From: an uncultured Spirochaetaceae bacterium
GTDB lineage: Bacteria; Spirochaetota; Spirochaetia; Sphaerochaetales; Sphaerochaetaceae
Reading direction: 5' to 3'
NCBI GenBank assembly: GCA_947630635.1
Contig: CANRIJ010000001.1
Coordinates: 1-42,204, forward strand
Length of the DNA: 42,204 bases
The first letter of the stretch is position 1; each line of letters opens with the position of its first letter. The translations under genes and the position numbers were made by a program. The notes below the pieces were generated by a model that saw only the letters and a list, made by a program, of their open reading frames with translations, had not been told where the DNA came from and searched no databases. Of this stretch, positions 8,737 through 18,012 are shown in pieces.

Positions 8737-10128
8737 TTATTTTCCCTCTTTTTCAAACTCCTTCTTGTAGAAGGCGAGACGCTCTTCAAAAGTCATCTTA
8801 GAGAGCCTCTCATAGTCAACACTATGCTCCCTATTTCTATTTTTATCACTAGCTGAGGGGCCTCTTCTAAGGGATTTTCCTCTCCTCTCGCCCCTGGAGG
8901 ATTGATCATGGCCTCTTCTCTTATAAGAAGAGCCCCTCTTATAGTCGCCTCTTGGGCGCCTTTCTGATCCCCAGTTCTTATATAGGCTCTTATCCTCCAC
9001 CTCTTCGAGGTTCTCCTCATCGGCCCACTTGACTGGAATCTTCATCTGAATGAAATCCTCGATGGCCTCTAAGCCGTAGATATACTCATCGCAGGCAAGA
9101 GTAATGGCCTTCCCGCTCTTTCCAGCCCTTGCAGTTCTGCCAATTCTATGAACGTAGTTCTCGTAGTCCTCGGGAATGTCATAATTGACTACAAGAGAGA
9201 GGTCATCAATCTGGAGTCCGCGTGCAGCCACATCGGTTGCAACTAAGAACTCAGTCTTTCCATCCTTAAGCCTATCAAGTGCTCTAAGCCTCTTAGATTG
9301 GGACATATCGCCCATTAGATACTCTGCCTTATATCCGTTTTGAGATAGGCGCTTTGCAACCTCCACTGCCTTTCCCTTTGTATTTGTGAAAATCAAGGCA
9401 GTATATGGATTGTTTTTCCTCAGAAGACTCAAAAGAAGTGAGAACTTCTCATCCTTTGATACATGATAGAGCTCTTGCTCGATCTTCTTTACGACTATCT
9501 CCTCGGGCTCACTCTCTATCTCAACGGGCTCATTCATATAGACCCAGGCAAGATTCCTTACCTTGGTTGAAAGCGTGGCAGAAAAGAGCATTGTCTGCCT
9601 CTTTGTCTTATCGCACATCATCCTGAACATCTCTTGAATGTCAGGATAGAAGCCCATATCAAACATTCTATCGGCTTCATCAAGCACAACTATATCAAAT
9701 TTGGAGAAGTCGATCTTTCTTGAGTGAGCATAGTCCAAAAGACGCCCTGGCGTTCCAACATATAGAGCGGGATCTGATGATATCTCATCATCCTGATTCT
9801 TATAGCCAACCCCGCCGTAGAAGCATCCTATTCTATATCCCTCTATCTTACTCGATAGTACCCTCGCATCATCTTCAATCTGAAGTGCAAGCTCTCTGGT
9901 GGGAGCGACGACGAGGGCTCTGGATTTGCTATCCTTTAGATACCTATTGAGTATAGTCAGCACAAAAATTGCAGTCTTCCCACTTCCGGTCTTGGACTGG
10001 ACCATTACGTCTCTCCCGCTAAGTGAAGAGGGAAGAGATAGCTCCTGCACCTTTGTGCACTCCTTAAATCCTGCCTTCTCAACTCCCTCTAAGACTTCTT
10101 TCTCCAAATTCAGCTCATTAAATTCCAT
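8737..10128 (-). CDS. DEAD-box ATP-dependent RNA helicase with Arg/Gly/Ser-rich C-terminal tail
   Basis: 463 aa. Motifs SKTGSGKT, PTRELALQ, VLDEADRM, SAT and HRIGRTARAG. Confidence 0.92.
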   Translation of the reverse strand: MEFNELNLEKEVLEGVEKAGFKECTKVQELSLPSSLSGRDVMVQSKTGSGKTAIFVLTILNRYLKDSKSRALVVAPTRELALQIEDDARVLSSKIEGYRIGCFYGGVGYKNQDDEISSDPALYVGTPGRLLDYAHSRKIDFSKFDIVVLDEADRMFDMGFYPDIQEMFRMMCDKTKRQTMLFSATLSTKVRNLAWVYMNEPVEIESEPEEIVVKKIEQELYHVSKDEKFSLLLSLLRKNNPYTALIFTNTKGKAVEVAKRLSQNGYKAEYLMGDMSQSKRLRALDRLKDGKTEFLVATDVAARGLQIDDLSLVVNYDIPEDYENYVHRIGRTARAGKSGKAITLACDEYIYGLEAIEDFIQMKIPVKWADEENLEEVEDKSLYKNWGSERRPRGDYKRGSSYKRRGHDQSSRGERRGKSLRRGPSASDKNRNREHSVDYERLSKMTFEERLAFYKKEFEKEGK

Positions 10129-10926
10129 CTATTCCATTTTCCTTATTTCGTCTTTGATTCTGATAATGTCCTGCCATCGATCTCTCTTCATCTTTACATC
10201 GCCTATCTCACTTACAGGAAGGGCTGCCATTGAAGTCGAGGAAATGAAGACGCTATCAAAATACTTGATATCATCATATTTTGGAGCCTCAAAAATGACC
10301 TTATATCCTAGTTCCTTGGCAATTTTTATAACTCGTGTTCTTGTAACACCGCTTAAAACAAGCTCGTCCTCTGCTGTATAAAGGCTCTTGTCTGCTATTG
10401 CATAGAAATTAGTTCTGGTACCCTCTGTTACTCTCTCTCTTCTGTTTACAAGAAGAGCCTCAAATGCGCCCTTTGACTCAGCCCTCTTCATTGCAAGGGT
10501 GCTAAGCAGCCTATTTGAGGTCTTAACAGTAGGCATAAAGCGCTCGCCAAAGAAGTAAATGCACTTAACTCCATCCTCATAGTAGCTATCAGGATAGGCA
10601 ATCAGATCTGAATAGGTAATGAATATGCCCTCTTCAGAATGGGTAATCCTAAGCTGTGCTGAAGAGATGTCTTCGCACTTGATAAGATTCTCTATCCACT
10701 CTGATATCTCAATCTCGCTTACCTTAAGAGGAAGATAGATTTCATCAGAGGACTTTTTGAGCCTCATAAGGTGGTCTCTTAAAAAGACTGCTCTAGAATT
10801 GATAACCCTCAGTGTCTCATAAACTGAATAAGATGAAGTCACTGTTGGGGAGAGCACCCCGACTTTGAGAGTATCCTCTTCGACAAGCTTTCCATTAAAT
10901 ATCGCTCTCTTCATTCTATGCCTCAC
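10129..10926 (-). CDS. Class-IV (fold type IV) PLP aminotransferase / aminodeoxychorismate-lyase-like protein
   Basis: 265 aa. VKTSN (Lys region), EGTRTNF and LSGVTRTRV motifs. Its stop abuts the helicase ATG and its start overlaps the ftsK stop. Confidence 0.75.
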   Translation of the reverse strand: MRHRMKRAIFNGKLVEEDTLKVGVLSPTVTSSYSVYETLRVINSRAVFLRDHLMRLKKSSDEIYLPLKVSEIEISEWIENLIKCEDISSAQLRITHSEEGIFITYSDLIAYPDSYYEDGVKCIYFFGERFMPTVKTSNRLLSTLAMKRAESKGAFEALLVNRRERVTEGTRTNFYAIADKSLYTAEDELVLSGVTRTRVIKIAKELGYKVIFEAPKYDDIKYFDSVFISSTSMAALPVSEIGDVKMKRDRWQDIIRIKDEIRKME

Positions 10927-13900
10927 ATTTTGAGAATTTCACGAGGCTTTCCGCCATTAGAGGGTCCAACAACTCCTCGCTCTTCCATCATCTCAATAAG
11001 ACGCGCAGCCTTATTATAGCCAATACGCATCCTTCTCTGCAGATAGCTAGCCGAGGCCTTCTTTGACTCAAGCACTATCTTTATTGCCTCTTCGTAGGAT
11101 GCCTCATCAGAATCCTCAAAGCTCCAATCCCCATCATCGTCATCGCTCTCTTTCTCCTCTTCAACGGTGAAGATCTCCTCCTCAAGCTGATCAAGGGGAC
11201 CAGAGTGCTCCTTTGCATAATGGGTTATCATATCAACCTCATCTTCGCTTAAGAAGGCACCCTGTATTCTTCTCAGTCCAGCTATTGCATTCGATGGGTC
11301 TAAAAGGAGCATATCGCCCTTACCAAGGAGTGCCTCTGCACCCCCTTCATCGAGTATTACTCTTGAATTGAGATTATTTGCAACTGCAAATGCGATTCTT
11401 CCAGGGAGATTTGACTTAATTGTTCCGGTAATTACCTCAGTAGTAGGTCGTTGAGTCGCAAGAACTAGGTGTATGCCAGCGGCTCTCGCCTTTGCAGCAA
11501 GACGGGTAATCTGGGTCTCTACCTCATTCTTGGCGACAGCCATCAAGTCAGCCATCTCATCGATAATCAAAACGATGTATGGCATCTTCTCAGACTGGAG
11601 GTGCTCTTTCTCGACCTTCTCATTGTAGCTATCGATATTTCTAACTCCGTAATTGTTGAGCATTTGGTATCTTCTCTCCATCTCCTCAACTAGGTAATTA
11701 AGCGCCTTTACAACCTTCTTCTGATCAGTAATTACGGGAGTGAGAAGATGGGGAATGCCATTGTAGACAGAGAGCTCTACAACCTTGGGATCTACAAGTA
11801 TCAAGCGAACTTCCTTTGGCGACTTATGGTAGATCAAAGTGCATATAAATGAGTTGATAGAGACTGATTTTCCCGATCCTGTAGTACCGGCGATTATCAT
11901 ATGCGGCATCTTAGCCACATCAATCACCACAGACTCTCCTGTAATGGTCTTTCCAAGGATCATAGGGATTCTGTAGGACATTGCCTTTGGATCTCGCCTC
12001 ATATCCCTAACTAGCTCCTTAAAGCCGACCACGGCAGACTTATCATTTGGAACCTCTATTCCAACTGCCTTTTTGCCTCTGATTGGAGCAAGGATTCTAA
12101 CGCTCTTGCCACCGAGGGCATAATTGAGCTCATTCTCGCGGCTTGTGATTCTATTAATCAGCGTGCCCTCTCCGATATGAAGCTCATACATAGTGACTGT
12201 CGGACCCTTTATAATATTCTCGATCTCAACCTCGGTCTTCTGCTGGGCATAGGTATCAACAATGATATTGCCCCTCTCGATAGTATCGCTATCTATATCA
12301 CTATTTGCGTTTGGATACTCCTTCAGATAGTCAATTGGCGGATAAGAGTATTCTCTCTTTGCTCGCTCGGCTATAGCTGAATACCCATAGAGGGCACTGG
12401 AGGTAAGATGAGATATTCCGACTATATTCTCGAAGGAAGTATCATACTCTCTCTTTTCCCTAATATATTCCCTATTGTCTTCAGAGCTCTCTTGTGGGCC
12501 GCTATTCTCCTGAAATTGGAAGCGAAGCTGCTCCATCTTGCCTTCATCTCTCTTATCTTCCTCTTTCTTTTCCGGGCTATCGCTCTTAAATGGAGAGAGA
12601 CTCTTACTGCCCTCTCTCATCTCCTCTCTTATAAATGAGGTCTCCTCACTCTTTGAAGCACTCTTTTCCTTCACCTCAGGCTCAAATTCCTTTGAGGGGA
12701 AATGAGAGACTCTGAATTCACTGTCTCTTGTATCCTTTTTCTCGATGTTTTTGAACATTTGGTATCTAGGATGCTCAGGAGAGAGGCTAGAAGGGGCAAA
12801 TGAGGGGCTCTTTTTCTCCTCCTCTTTCACCTCTTCATTCACCCTTACGCCATTTTGAAGATTCTGAAAGAGCTTATACCTAGGATGATCTGGTGATAGG
12901 CCAGAGGGGGCAAATGAAGAGCTTCCATCATGATTCTCTTTTTTAATCTCTCTACTCTGAAAATCTGTCCTAGTCTCTCTATTAAGGGGCTTTTCTCCTA
13001 GGTTCTCATCCTTGATGCTATTCATCATCTCAATGGTTGCCTCAAGCATTCCGCCGCTCTTGAATTTGCTTTGGTGTATATCAGGTCGCTCTGTGGTCTT
13101 CTCGCTCTCTTTTATAGCCTCTTCTCTCTTCATCTCCTCATTGACTCTGTCCATTACAGACTCACTTTGAAAAGAAGCTGCCTTTGCCTCTTTTTTCACG
13201 CTGGGACCATCAAATTGCCTAAAATGAGGTGACTCTATGAAATCAGGAAATTCTATCGGCTCATCGGGTCTTCTGTGAGTGAACTTAGGCTCCTCGCTTT
13301 CTTTGCCCTCAGAGGCGTTTTTATCGCCTTTCCTATTCTTCTTCTCCTCTTTTCTTAGTCTATTCTCCTCTCTTTTTCTCTTCCTTTCCTCTCTCTCTTG
13401 TCTCTTTTTCTTGTTTCTTGCCTCATCATCAAGCTTATCCAGTGCCTTATTTCTCTCCTTTTCTCTCTTTAGTCGCTCCTTCTCTTCAAGAGCCTCCTTT
13501 CTAAGCTCCTCCTTCTCCTTAAGCCTATCGTAGTCTCTCTCCTCTTTGGACTTTCTCCTCTTCTCTCTCCTCTCCTCTATTCTTATTGCCTTCTCTTTCT
13601 CCTCATCATACTCTCTCTGATTCTTTTTTCTTCTTCTCTCCTCAAGCTCATTGTCCTTTCTCTGTCTGACAACAGCCTTCTCCTCATCAAGGGCATCCTT
13701 GCCAAGATAGAGTCCCTCAGACTCAAGTCTTCTCTTGTTATGCTCGTCCTTGATTCTCCACTTCTCATCCAAAACAGAGGTAAGAAAAAAGAGTACACAG
13801 GTAATTGCGATCTCTATGGCAAGAAGCACTAAAAGAAGATACCTCTTAGTCTCATCAAAATACTTCATAACCATATCTGGATGGGGGATGCCCTTCCAGA

Positions 13901-14207
13901 CCCTAAAGAGTATCGCTGCAGTTCCATAGATTAAAAAGAGCGCAAATGGCAGAAACATGCTCCTTGGCTTACGAAGCCTAAAGCCAAAGACTATCGACGA
14001 CAAAAGGATCAATAAAAGACCAAACTCAACAAGCGCCCACCTTCCGGGTACAATAGAGACATAGATTCCAATCTGACCCAGGACATCCCTAAAAGCGGGA
14101 GATAGCACATTATCATATGCCGATAAGACTCCAAAGGTGAGAGAGGCAACTCCCAAAACCATCAGAATAATTGCAATAGTAAGCGAAAACCTGCCGCGAT
14201 TATGCAT
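10923..14207 (-). CDS. ftsK: DNA translocase FtsK with a very long charged linker
   Basis: N-terminal 4-5 TM segments, a roughly 450-aa K/E/R-rich linker, and a motor domain with GTTGSGKSV, LIIDEMADLM and ATQRP. C-terminal gamma winged helix ASYLQRRMRIGYNKAARLIEMME. I place the start at ATG 14207 (GGAGG 4 nt upstream, 8-nt overlap with rsmG). The track start at 14231 is a TTG. Confidence 0.9.
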   Translation of the reverse strand: MHNRGRFSLTIAIILMVLGVASLTFGVLSAYDNVLSPAFRDVLGQIGIYVSIVPGRWALVEFGLLLILLSSIVFGFRLRKPRSMFLPFALFLIYGTAAILFRVWKGIPHPDMVMKYFDETKRYLLLVLLAIEIAITCVLFFLTSVLDEKWRIKDEHNKRRLESEGLYLGKDALDEEKAVVRQRKDNELEERRRKKNQREYDEEKEKAIRIEERREKRRKSKEERDYDRLKEKEELRKEALEEKERLKREKERNKALDKLDDEARNKKKRQEREERKRKREENRLRKEEKKNRKGDKNASEGKESEEPKFTHRRPDEPIEFPDFIESPHFRQFDGPSVKKEAKAASFQSESVMDRVNEEMKREEAIKESEKTTERPDIHQSKFKSGGMLEATIEMMNSIKDENLGEKPLNRETRTDFQSREIKKENHDGSSSFAPSGLSPDHPRYKLFQNLQNGVRVNEEVKEEEKKSPSFAPSSLSPEHPRYQMFKNIEKKDTRDSEFRVSHFPSKEFEPEVKEKSASKSEETSFIREEMREGSKSLSPFKSDSPEKKEEDKRDEGKMEQLRFQFQENSGPQESSEDNREYIREKREYDTSFENIVGISHLTSSALYGYSAIAERAKREYSYPPIDYLKEYPNANSDIDSDTIERGNIIVDTYAQQKTEVEIENIIKGPTVTMYELHIGEGTLINRITSRENELNYALGGKSVRILAPIRGKKAVGIEVPNDKSAVVGFKELVRDMRRDPKAMSYRIPMILGKTITGESVVIDVAKMPHMIIAGTTGSGKSVSINSFICTLIYHKSPKEVRLILVDPKVVELSVYNGIPHLLTPVITDQKKVVKALNYLVEEMERRYQMLNNYGVRNIDSYNEKVEKEHLQSEKMPYIVLIIDEMADLMAVAKNEVETQITRLAAKARAAGIHLVLATQRPTTEVITGTIKSNLPGRIAFAVANNLNSRVILDEGGAEALLGKGDMLLLDPSNAIAGLRRIQGAFLSEDEVDMITHYAKEHSGPLDQLEEEIFTVEEEKESDDDDGDWSFEDSDEASYEEAIKIVLESKKASASYLQRRMRIGYNKAARLIEMMEERGVVGPSNGGKPREILKM
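12750..12923 (-). repeat. Two copies of a ~21-aa motif inside the FtsK linker
   Basis: 12861-12923 encodes SSSFAPSGLSPDHPRYKLFQN and 12750-12809 encodes SPSFAPSSLSPEHPRYQMFK. The DNA copies are also recognisably similar. Confidence 0.7.
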
Positions 14208-14850
14208 CTTTCCTCCACCCAGAAATGACAAGAATATTCCTCTGTTTATCCAAAAGTGGAATATTCAAAGGCTCAATGGAATACTCAAATGAATAGCCCA
14301 AAGAGCTCAGATCCTCCAATTCCTCTAAGATGGACTCGCGCTTGGCCTTGTAGAACACCCCTATTCCACTGGGCTTCAGGAGTTTTAGAGTCGAGGGGAA
14401 GATATCCCTCAGGGGATGAAAGGCGCGGCAGGTAATCACGTCAAATTCCTCATCCACACTCTCGTAGTCTCTATCGATTAGAGTGGCATTATCGATTCTA
14501 AGGCTTGCTAAGACCCCTCTTAGAAAACCGCATCTTCTCTCCATTCTCTCGATAAGGAAGAACTTGGAAGTATCAAAAAGCACACTCAGAACCACACCTG
14601 GAAATCCAGCCCCAGTTCCAAGATCTCCGACCTTTGTACCCTCCTTCAAATATTCAGAGAAGACAGGATACGCAGATGCAGAGTCCATTACATGGTTTAT
14701 GATAATTGATTTTATATCTTTATCGGCGACGAGTGAAAGTGTTTTACTAAACAAGGCAACATCGCCAGCATATCTATAGAGCTTCTCTGCCTTAACATGA
14801 AAGTCGGGTACACCAAGCGATTTTAAATAGCTCTCCAGATGGTCAATCAT
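14200..14850 (-). CDS. rsmG: 16S rRNA (guanine527-N7)-methyltransferase
   Basis: SAM motif DLGTGAGFPG. Position downstream of mnmG is typical. The likely start is ATG 14850, which overlaps the mnmG stop (ATGATTGA). The track start at 14886 is a TTG inside mnmG. Confidence 0.85.
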   Translation of the reverse strand: MIDHLESYLKSLGVPDFHVKAEKLYRYAGDVALFSKTLSLVADKDIKSIIINHVMDSASAYPVFSEYLKEGTKVGDLGTGAGFPGVVLSVLFDTSKFFLIERMERRCGFLRGVLASLRIDNATLIDRDYESVDEEFDVITCRAFHPLRDIFPSTLKLLKPSGIGVFYKAKRESILEELEDLSSLGYSFEYSIEPLNIPLLDKQRNILVISGWRKDA

Positions 14851-16642
14851 GTCTCTTGCCCCTAAGTGCCATCTGAAGAAGAGCAATGTCAGAGACTCTC
14901 AGTCCTGATATCCTTGATGCCTCTCCAAGAGTCATAGGCCTAACCATCTTGAGTTTTTCTCTAGACTCGCTAGATAGCCCATCTACCTTGTCATAATCGA
15001 AATCGCTATCGATCTTAACGCTTTCATCCCTTTTGACTCTCTCAATATCAATCTCCTGCCTCTTTAGATAGCCCTCGTACTTCACTTCAAGCTCGACTTC
15101 CCTCTTCACTTCATTTGAATAGGATTGAAGAGAGTCAAAGGAGAAGATGCTAACATCTGGCTCTTTAAGCTCATCATAGAGGCTCTTATTCTGAGTCTTT
15201 GAGCGATTTCTCTTTAGATAGTCCTTCATCTCGTCTATTTTGGAGAGCTTATCCAATAGGCGCTCATATTTCTCATCGCCTACAAGACCTGCCCTTCTTC
15301 CTATTGGAGTGAGGCGCTGGTCTGCGCTCCCATCTCTGAGCTTAAGCCTGTACTCTGCACGGGATGTAAACATTCTATAGGGCTCTTTGGTGCCCTTCAG
15401 AGTAAGGTCATCAATCAGAACTCCAATATATGAATCGGTTCTTCCGAGAACTATACCCTCAGCCCCCTTGAGACGCTGGGCTGCATTGATTCCAGCAACA
15501 AGCCCTTGGCTTGCTGCCTCCTCATAGCCGCTAGTGCCATTGGTCTGACCTGCAATGAATAGATTTTTCAGAATCTTCGACTCAAGAGTCGGATAGAGAT
15601 CCAGCGGATCAAGATAGTCATACTCAACTGCATATGCTGGTCTCACAACCTCAACATGCCTCAAGCCCGGAATTGTTCTCATAAACTCTATCTGAACTCT
15701 CTCGGGAAGAGACGATGAGAGCCCATTTAGGTACATCTCATTAGTATAGAGTCCCTCTGGCTCAACAAAGATCTGGTGGCGCGGCCTTTCGGGAAAGCGT
15801 ATAACCTTGTCCTCTATTGAGGGACAATACCTTGGACCTCTTCCAACAATCTTTCCACCATAAAGAGGGCTATATTTGATATTTTCCCTGATTATTCTGT
15901 GGGTATCCTCATTGGTATAGGTTATGTAGCAAGAAAGATGGGGTCTATAGACGCTATCATAGTCAAATGAGAATGGCTGGAGAGTCTCATCGCCGCTCTC
16001 CTCTTCCAATTCATCAAAATCAATAGAATCCCTATTTACTCTGCATGGTGTTCCTGTCTTCATTCTTCCGACATTAAAACCATACTCCCTAAGCTTTGTT
16101 CCAAGCCCTATAGCTGCCCTCTCACCAAGTCTTCCATACTCTCCATCATATTCGCCGATGAAGATCCTTCCTTCCATGAAGGTGCCTGTAGTTAAGACGA
16201 CAACATCGCTTGATATCCTATTTCCACGCTCTGTGACCACCCCCCTGACAAGTCCATCCTCTATTAAGAGGTCGACAACAGTATCCATGAAAATCCTAAG
16301 ATTCCTCTCGCTTTCAAGAGTCTTTCTTGCAATAGAGGAATAGAGTGCCTTGTCAGCCTGAGCGCGGGGCGCTTGCACTGCAGGTCCCCTGCTTCTATTG
16401 AGAATTCTGTACTGAATCATGGATGCGTCAATAAGGTGCGCCATCTCACCGCCAAGAGCATCTATCTCCCTAACAAGGTTGCCCTTAGCAAGCCCTCCAA
16501 TAGAGGGATTGCAGCTCATTCTGCCTATAGCCTCGATATTCTGAGTAATAAGAAGAGTCTTAAAACCCTCTCTTGAGAGCGCAAGGGAGGCCTCTATGCC
16601 TGCGTGTCCCCCACCTATAACTATTGCCTCAAAATCACTCAT
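14843..16642 (-). CDS. mnmG: tRNA uridine 5-carboxymethylaminomethyl modification enzyme MnmG (GidA)
   Basis: 599 aa. FAD motif IVIGGGHAGIEA and conserved GidA core throughout. Confidence 0.95.
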   Translation of the reverse strand: MSDFEAIVIGGGHAGIEASLALSREGFKTLLITQNIEAIGRMSCNPSIGGLAKGNLVREIDALGGEMAHLIDASMIQYRILNRSRGPAVQAPRAQADKALYSSIARKTLESERNLRIFMDTVVDLLIEDGLVRGVVTERGNRISSDVVVLTTGTFMEGRIFIGEYDGEYGRLGERAAIGLGTKLREYGFNVGRMKTGTPCRVNRDSIDFDELEEESGDETLQPFSFDYDSVYRPHLSCYITYTNEDTHRIIRENIKYSPLYGGKIVGRGPRYCPSIEDKVIRFPERPRHQIFVEPEGLYTNEMYLNGLSSSLPERVQIEFMRTIPGLRHVEVVRPAYAVEYDYLDPLDLYPTLESKILKNLFIAGQTNGTSGYEEAASQGLVAGINAAQRLKGAEGIVLGRTDSYIGVLIDDLTLKGTKEPYRMFTSRAEYRLKLRDGSADQRLTPIGRRAGLVGDEKYERLLDKLSKIDEMKDYLKRNRSKTQNKSLYDELKEPDVSIFSFDSLQSYSNEVKREVELEVKYEGYLKRQEIDIERVKRDESVKIDSDFDYDKVDGLSSESREKLKMVRPMTLGEASRISGLRVSDIALLQMALRGKRHD

Positions 16643-16643
16643 A

Positions 16644-17939
16644 TCACTTACCTAAACAGAAAGACGAGAAGAGACGAGACAGAATATCCTCGCTTGTGGC
16701 TTCTCCCGTAAGAATCCTAAGCTTCTCAAGGGCAGACTGGAAATAGAGGGCGATAATATCGTAGCTCAGACCTCTACTCTCGCTGACATACACTAAATCT
16801 CCAAGGGCTGACTCCAAAGCATCTTTCTGCCTCTGGCTATCTATTTTTGGGACACTATCAGAAATAGAGACTGAGCTCGAGAGCCTCTTCTCAACCTCGC
16901 TTAGAATCTCTCCCAGCCCATCACCAGTTACAGAGGAAAATGAAAAGGAACCACGAGAGCCATAAATATCTGACTTAGAATGTACACATAATGTCTTTTC
17001 GTCTTCCCTCTCCTCCTCTGAGTCAATCACTTCAATTACGAGGTTTGCTTTATCTATAAGCTCTTTAGACCTTCGGATCCCCTCACTCTCTGCCTTGCCC
17101 TCTGCCTCTCTGAGGCCTGCAGTATCAAAGAGCCTCACTGGTATATCACCAAGAAGTATCTCTGTCTCAATATAGTCTCTCGTTGTTCCCTCTTCCTCAG
17201 ATACAATCGACCTGTTCTCTCTTAGAATTGCATTGAACAGAGAGCTCTTTCCGGCATTTACCCGTCCAGAGATGACAACAATAGCCCCATCGCTATAGAG
17301 ATGAGAAGATGAGTAGGTTGCTATCATCGCCTTTAGCCTAGAGATTATAGAGCCCACCCTATCCTCGGGGAAGACCCAATCATCAATTACCTCATCCTCT
17401 CCATAATCAAGGTAGACCTCAAGGGATGCGATGATATCAATTAAAGTCTCCTTAATGCCATTGAGCTCTCTTTTTAAAGAGCCCTCAAGTCTCTCAAGAG
17501 CATCCATTTCGGCTCTCATGCTCTTGGATTTGACAATCTCCTCTACTGCCTCTGCCTGAGTAAGATCTATTCTTCCATTCATGAAGGCACGATATGTGAA
17601 TTCGCCCCTCTCTGCCTCTCTGAAACCAATCTTCGATAAAAGAATTAAAGCTCGCTTAATTGATGGAAGAGAGCCATGGATAATAAGCTCTATGGCCTCC
17701 TCTAGGGTATAGCCGTGTCCCTTTTTATAGATTATAGCCACTGCCTCATCTATCTTGGAGCCACCATCGTCTTTTAAGAGCCCAAAGGAGACACCTACAC
17801 TCTCTTTTTTATCAAGCGATGAGGAAAAGTACGGGGATAGCCTATCAATAACAGACTCGCCTGATATTCTTATCAGAGCCAAGGCAGATGGACTAAAGGG
17901 TGTTGCTAGAGCATAGACTGGCTCACCTAGAGAGTACAT
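16644..17939 (-). CDS. mnmE: tRNA modification GTPase MnmE (TrmE)
   Basis: G-domain motifs GRVNAGKSSLFN and DTAGLREA, and C-terminal FCLGK. The start is ambiguous. ATG 17939 (MYSLGEPVYALATP) fits the family N-terminus. The track start at 17975 is a TTG with no SD. Confidence 0.92.
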   Translation of the reverse strand: MYSLGEPVYALATPFSPSALALIRISGESVIDRLSPYFSSSLDKKESVGVSFGLLKDDGGSKIDEAVAIIYKKGHGYTLEEAIELIIHGSLPSIKRALILLSKIGFREAERGEFTYRAFMNGRIDLTQAEAVEEIVKSKSMRAEMDALERLEGSLKRELNGIKETLIDIIASLEVYLDYGEDEVIDDWVFPEDRVGSIISRLKAMIATYSSSHLYSDGAIVVISGRVNAGKSSLFNAILRENRSIVSEEEGTTRDYIETEILLGDIPVRLFDTAGLREAEGKAESEGIRRSKELIDKANLVIEVIDSEEEREDEKTLCVHSKSDIYGSRGSFSFSSVTGDGLGEILSEVEKRLSSSVSISDSVPKIDSQRQKDALESALGDLVYVSESRGLSYDIIALYFQSALEKLRILTGEATSEDILSRLFSSFCLGK

Positions 17940-18012
17940 GAGCACATAATATTCTCTTTTTAACTCTCCTTTCAATGAAATTGAAAATTAACTAAATGGC
18001 AAATAACATAGT

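Noticed and set aside
9899-10381. Long antisense ORFs such as 9899..10381+ (160 aa), 20557..21072+ (171 aa), 24393..24833+ (146 aa), 21637..21957- and 30895..31212-
   Set aside because: Each lies fully opposite a motif-rich, confidently identified gene and encodes Ser/Leu/Phe-rich low-complexity sequence. This is a consequence of the purine-rich coding strands (AGA/GAA/AAG codons), not evidence of overlapping genes.
13279-13533. Repetitive-looking CT-rich DNA, considered as a tandem repeat or CRISPR-like array
   Set aside because: There is no spacer/repeat periodicity. It is the antisense of the Lys/Glu/Arg-rich FtsK linker, and the frame is continuous with the flanking FtsK domains.
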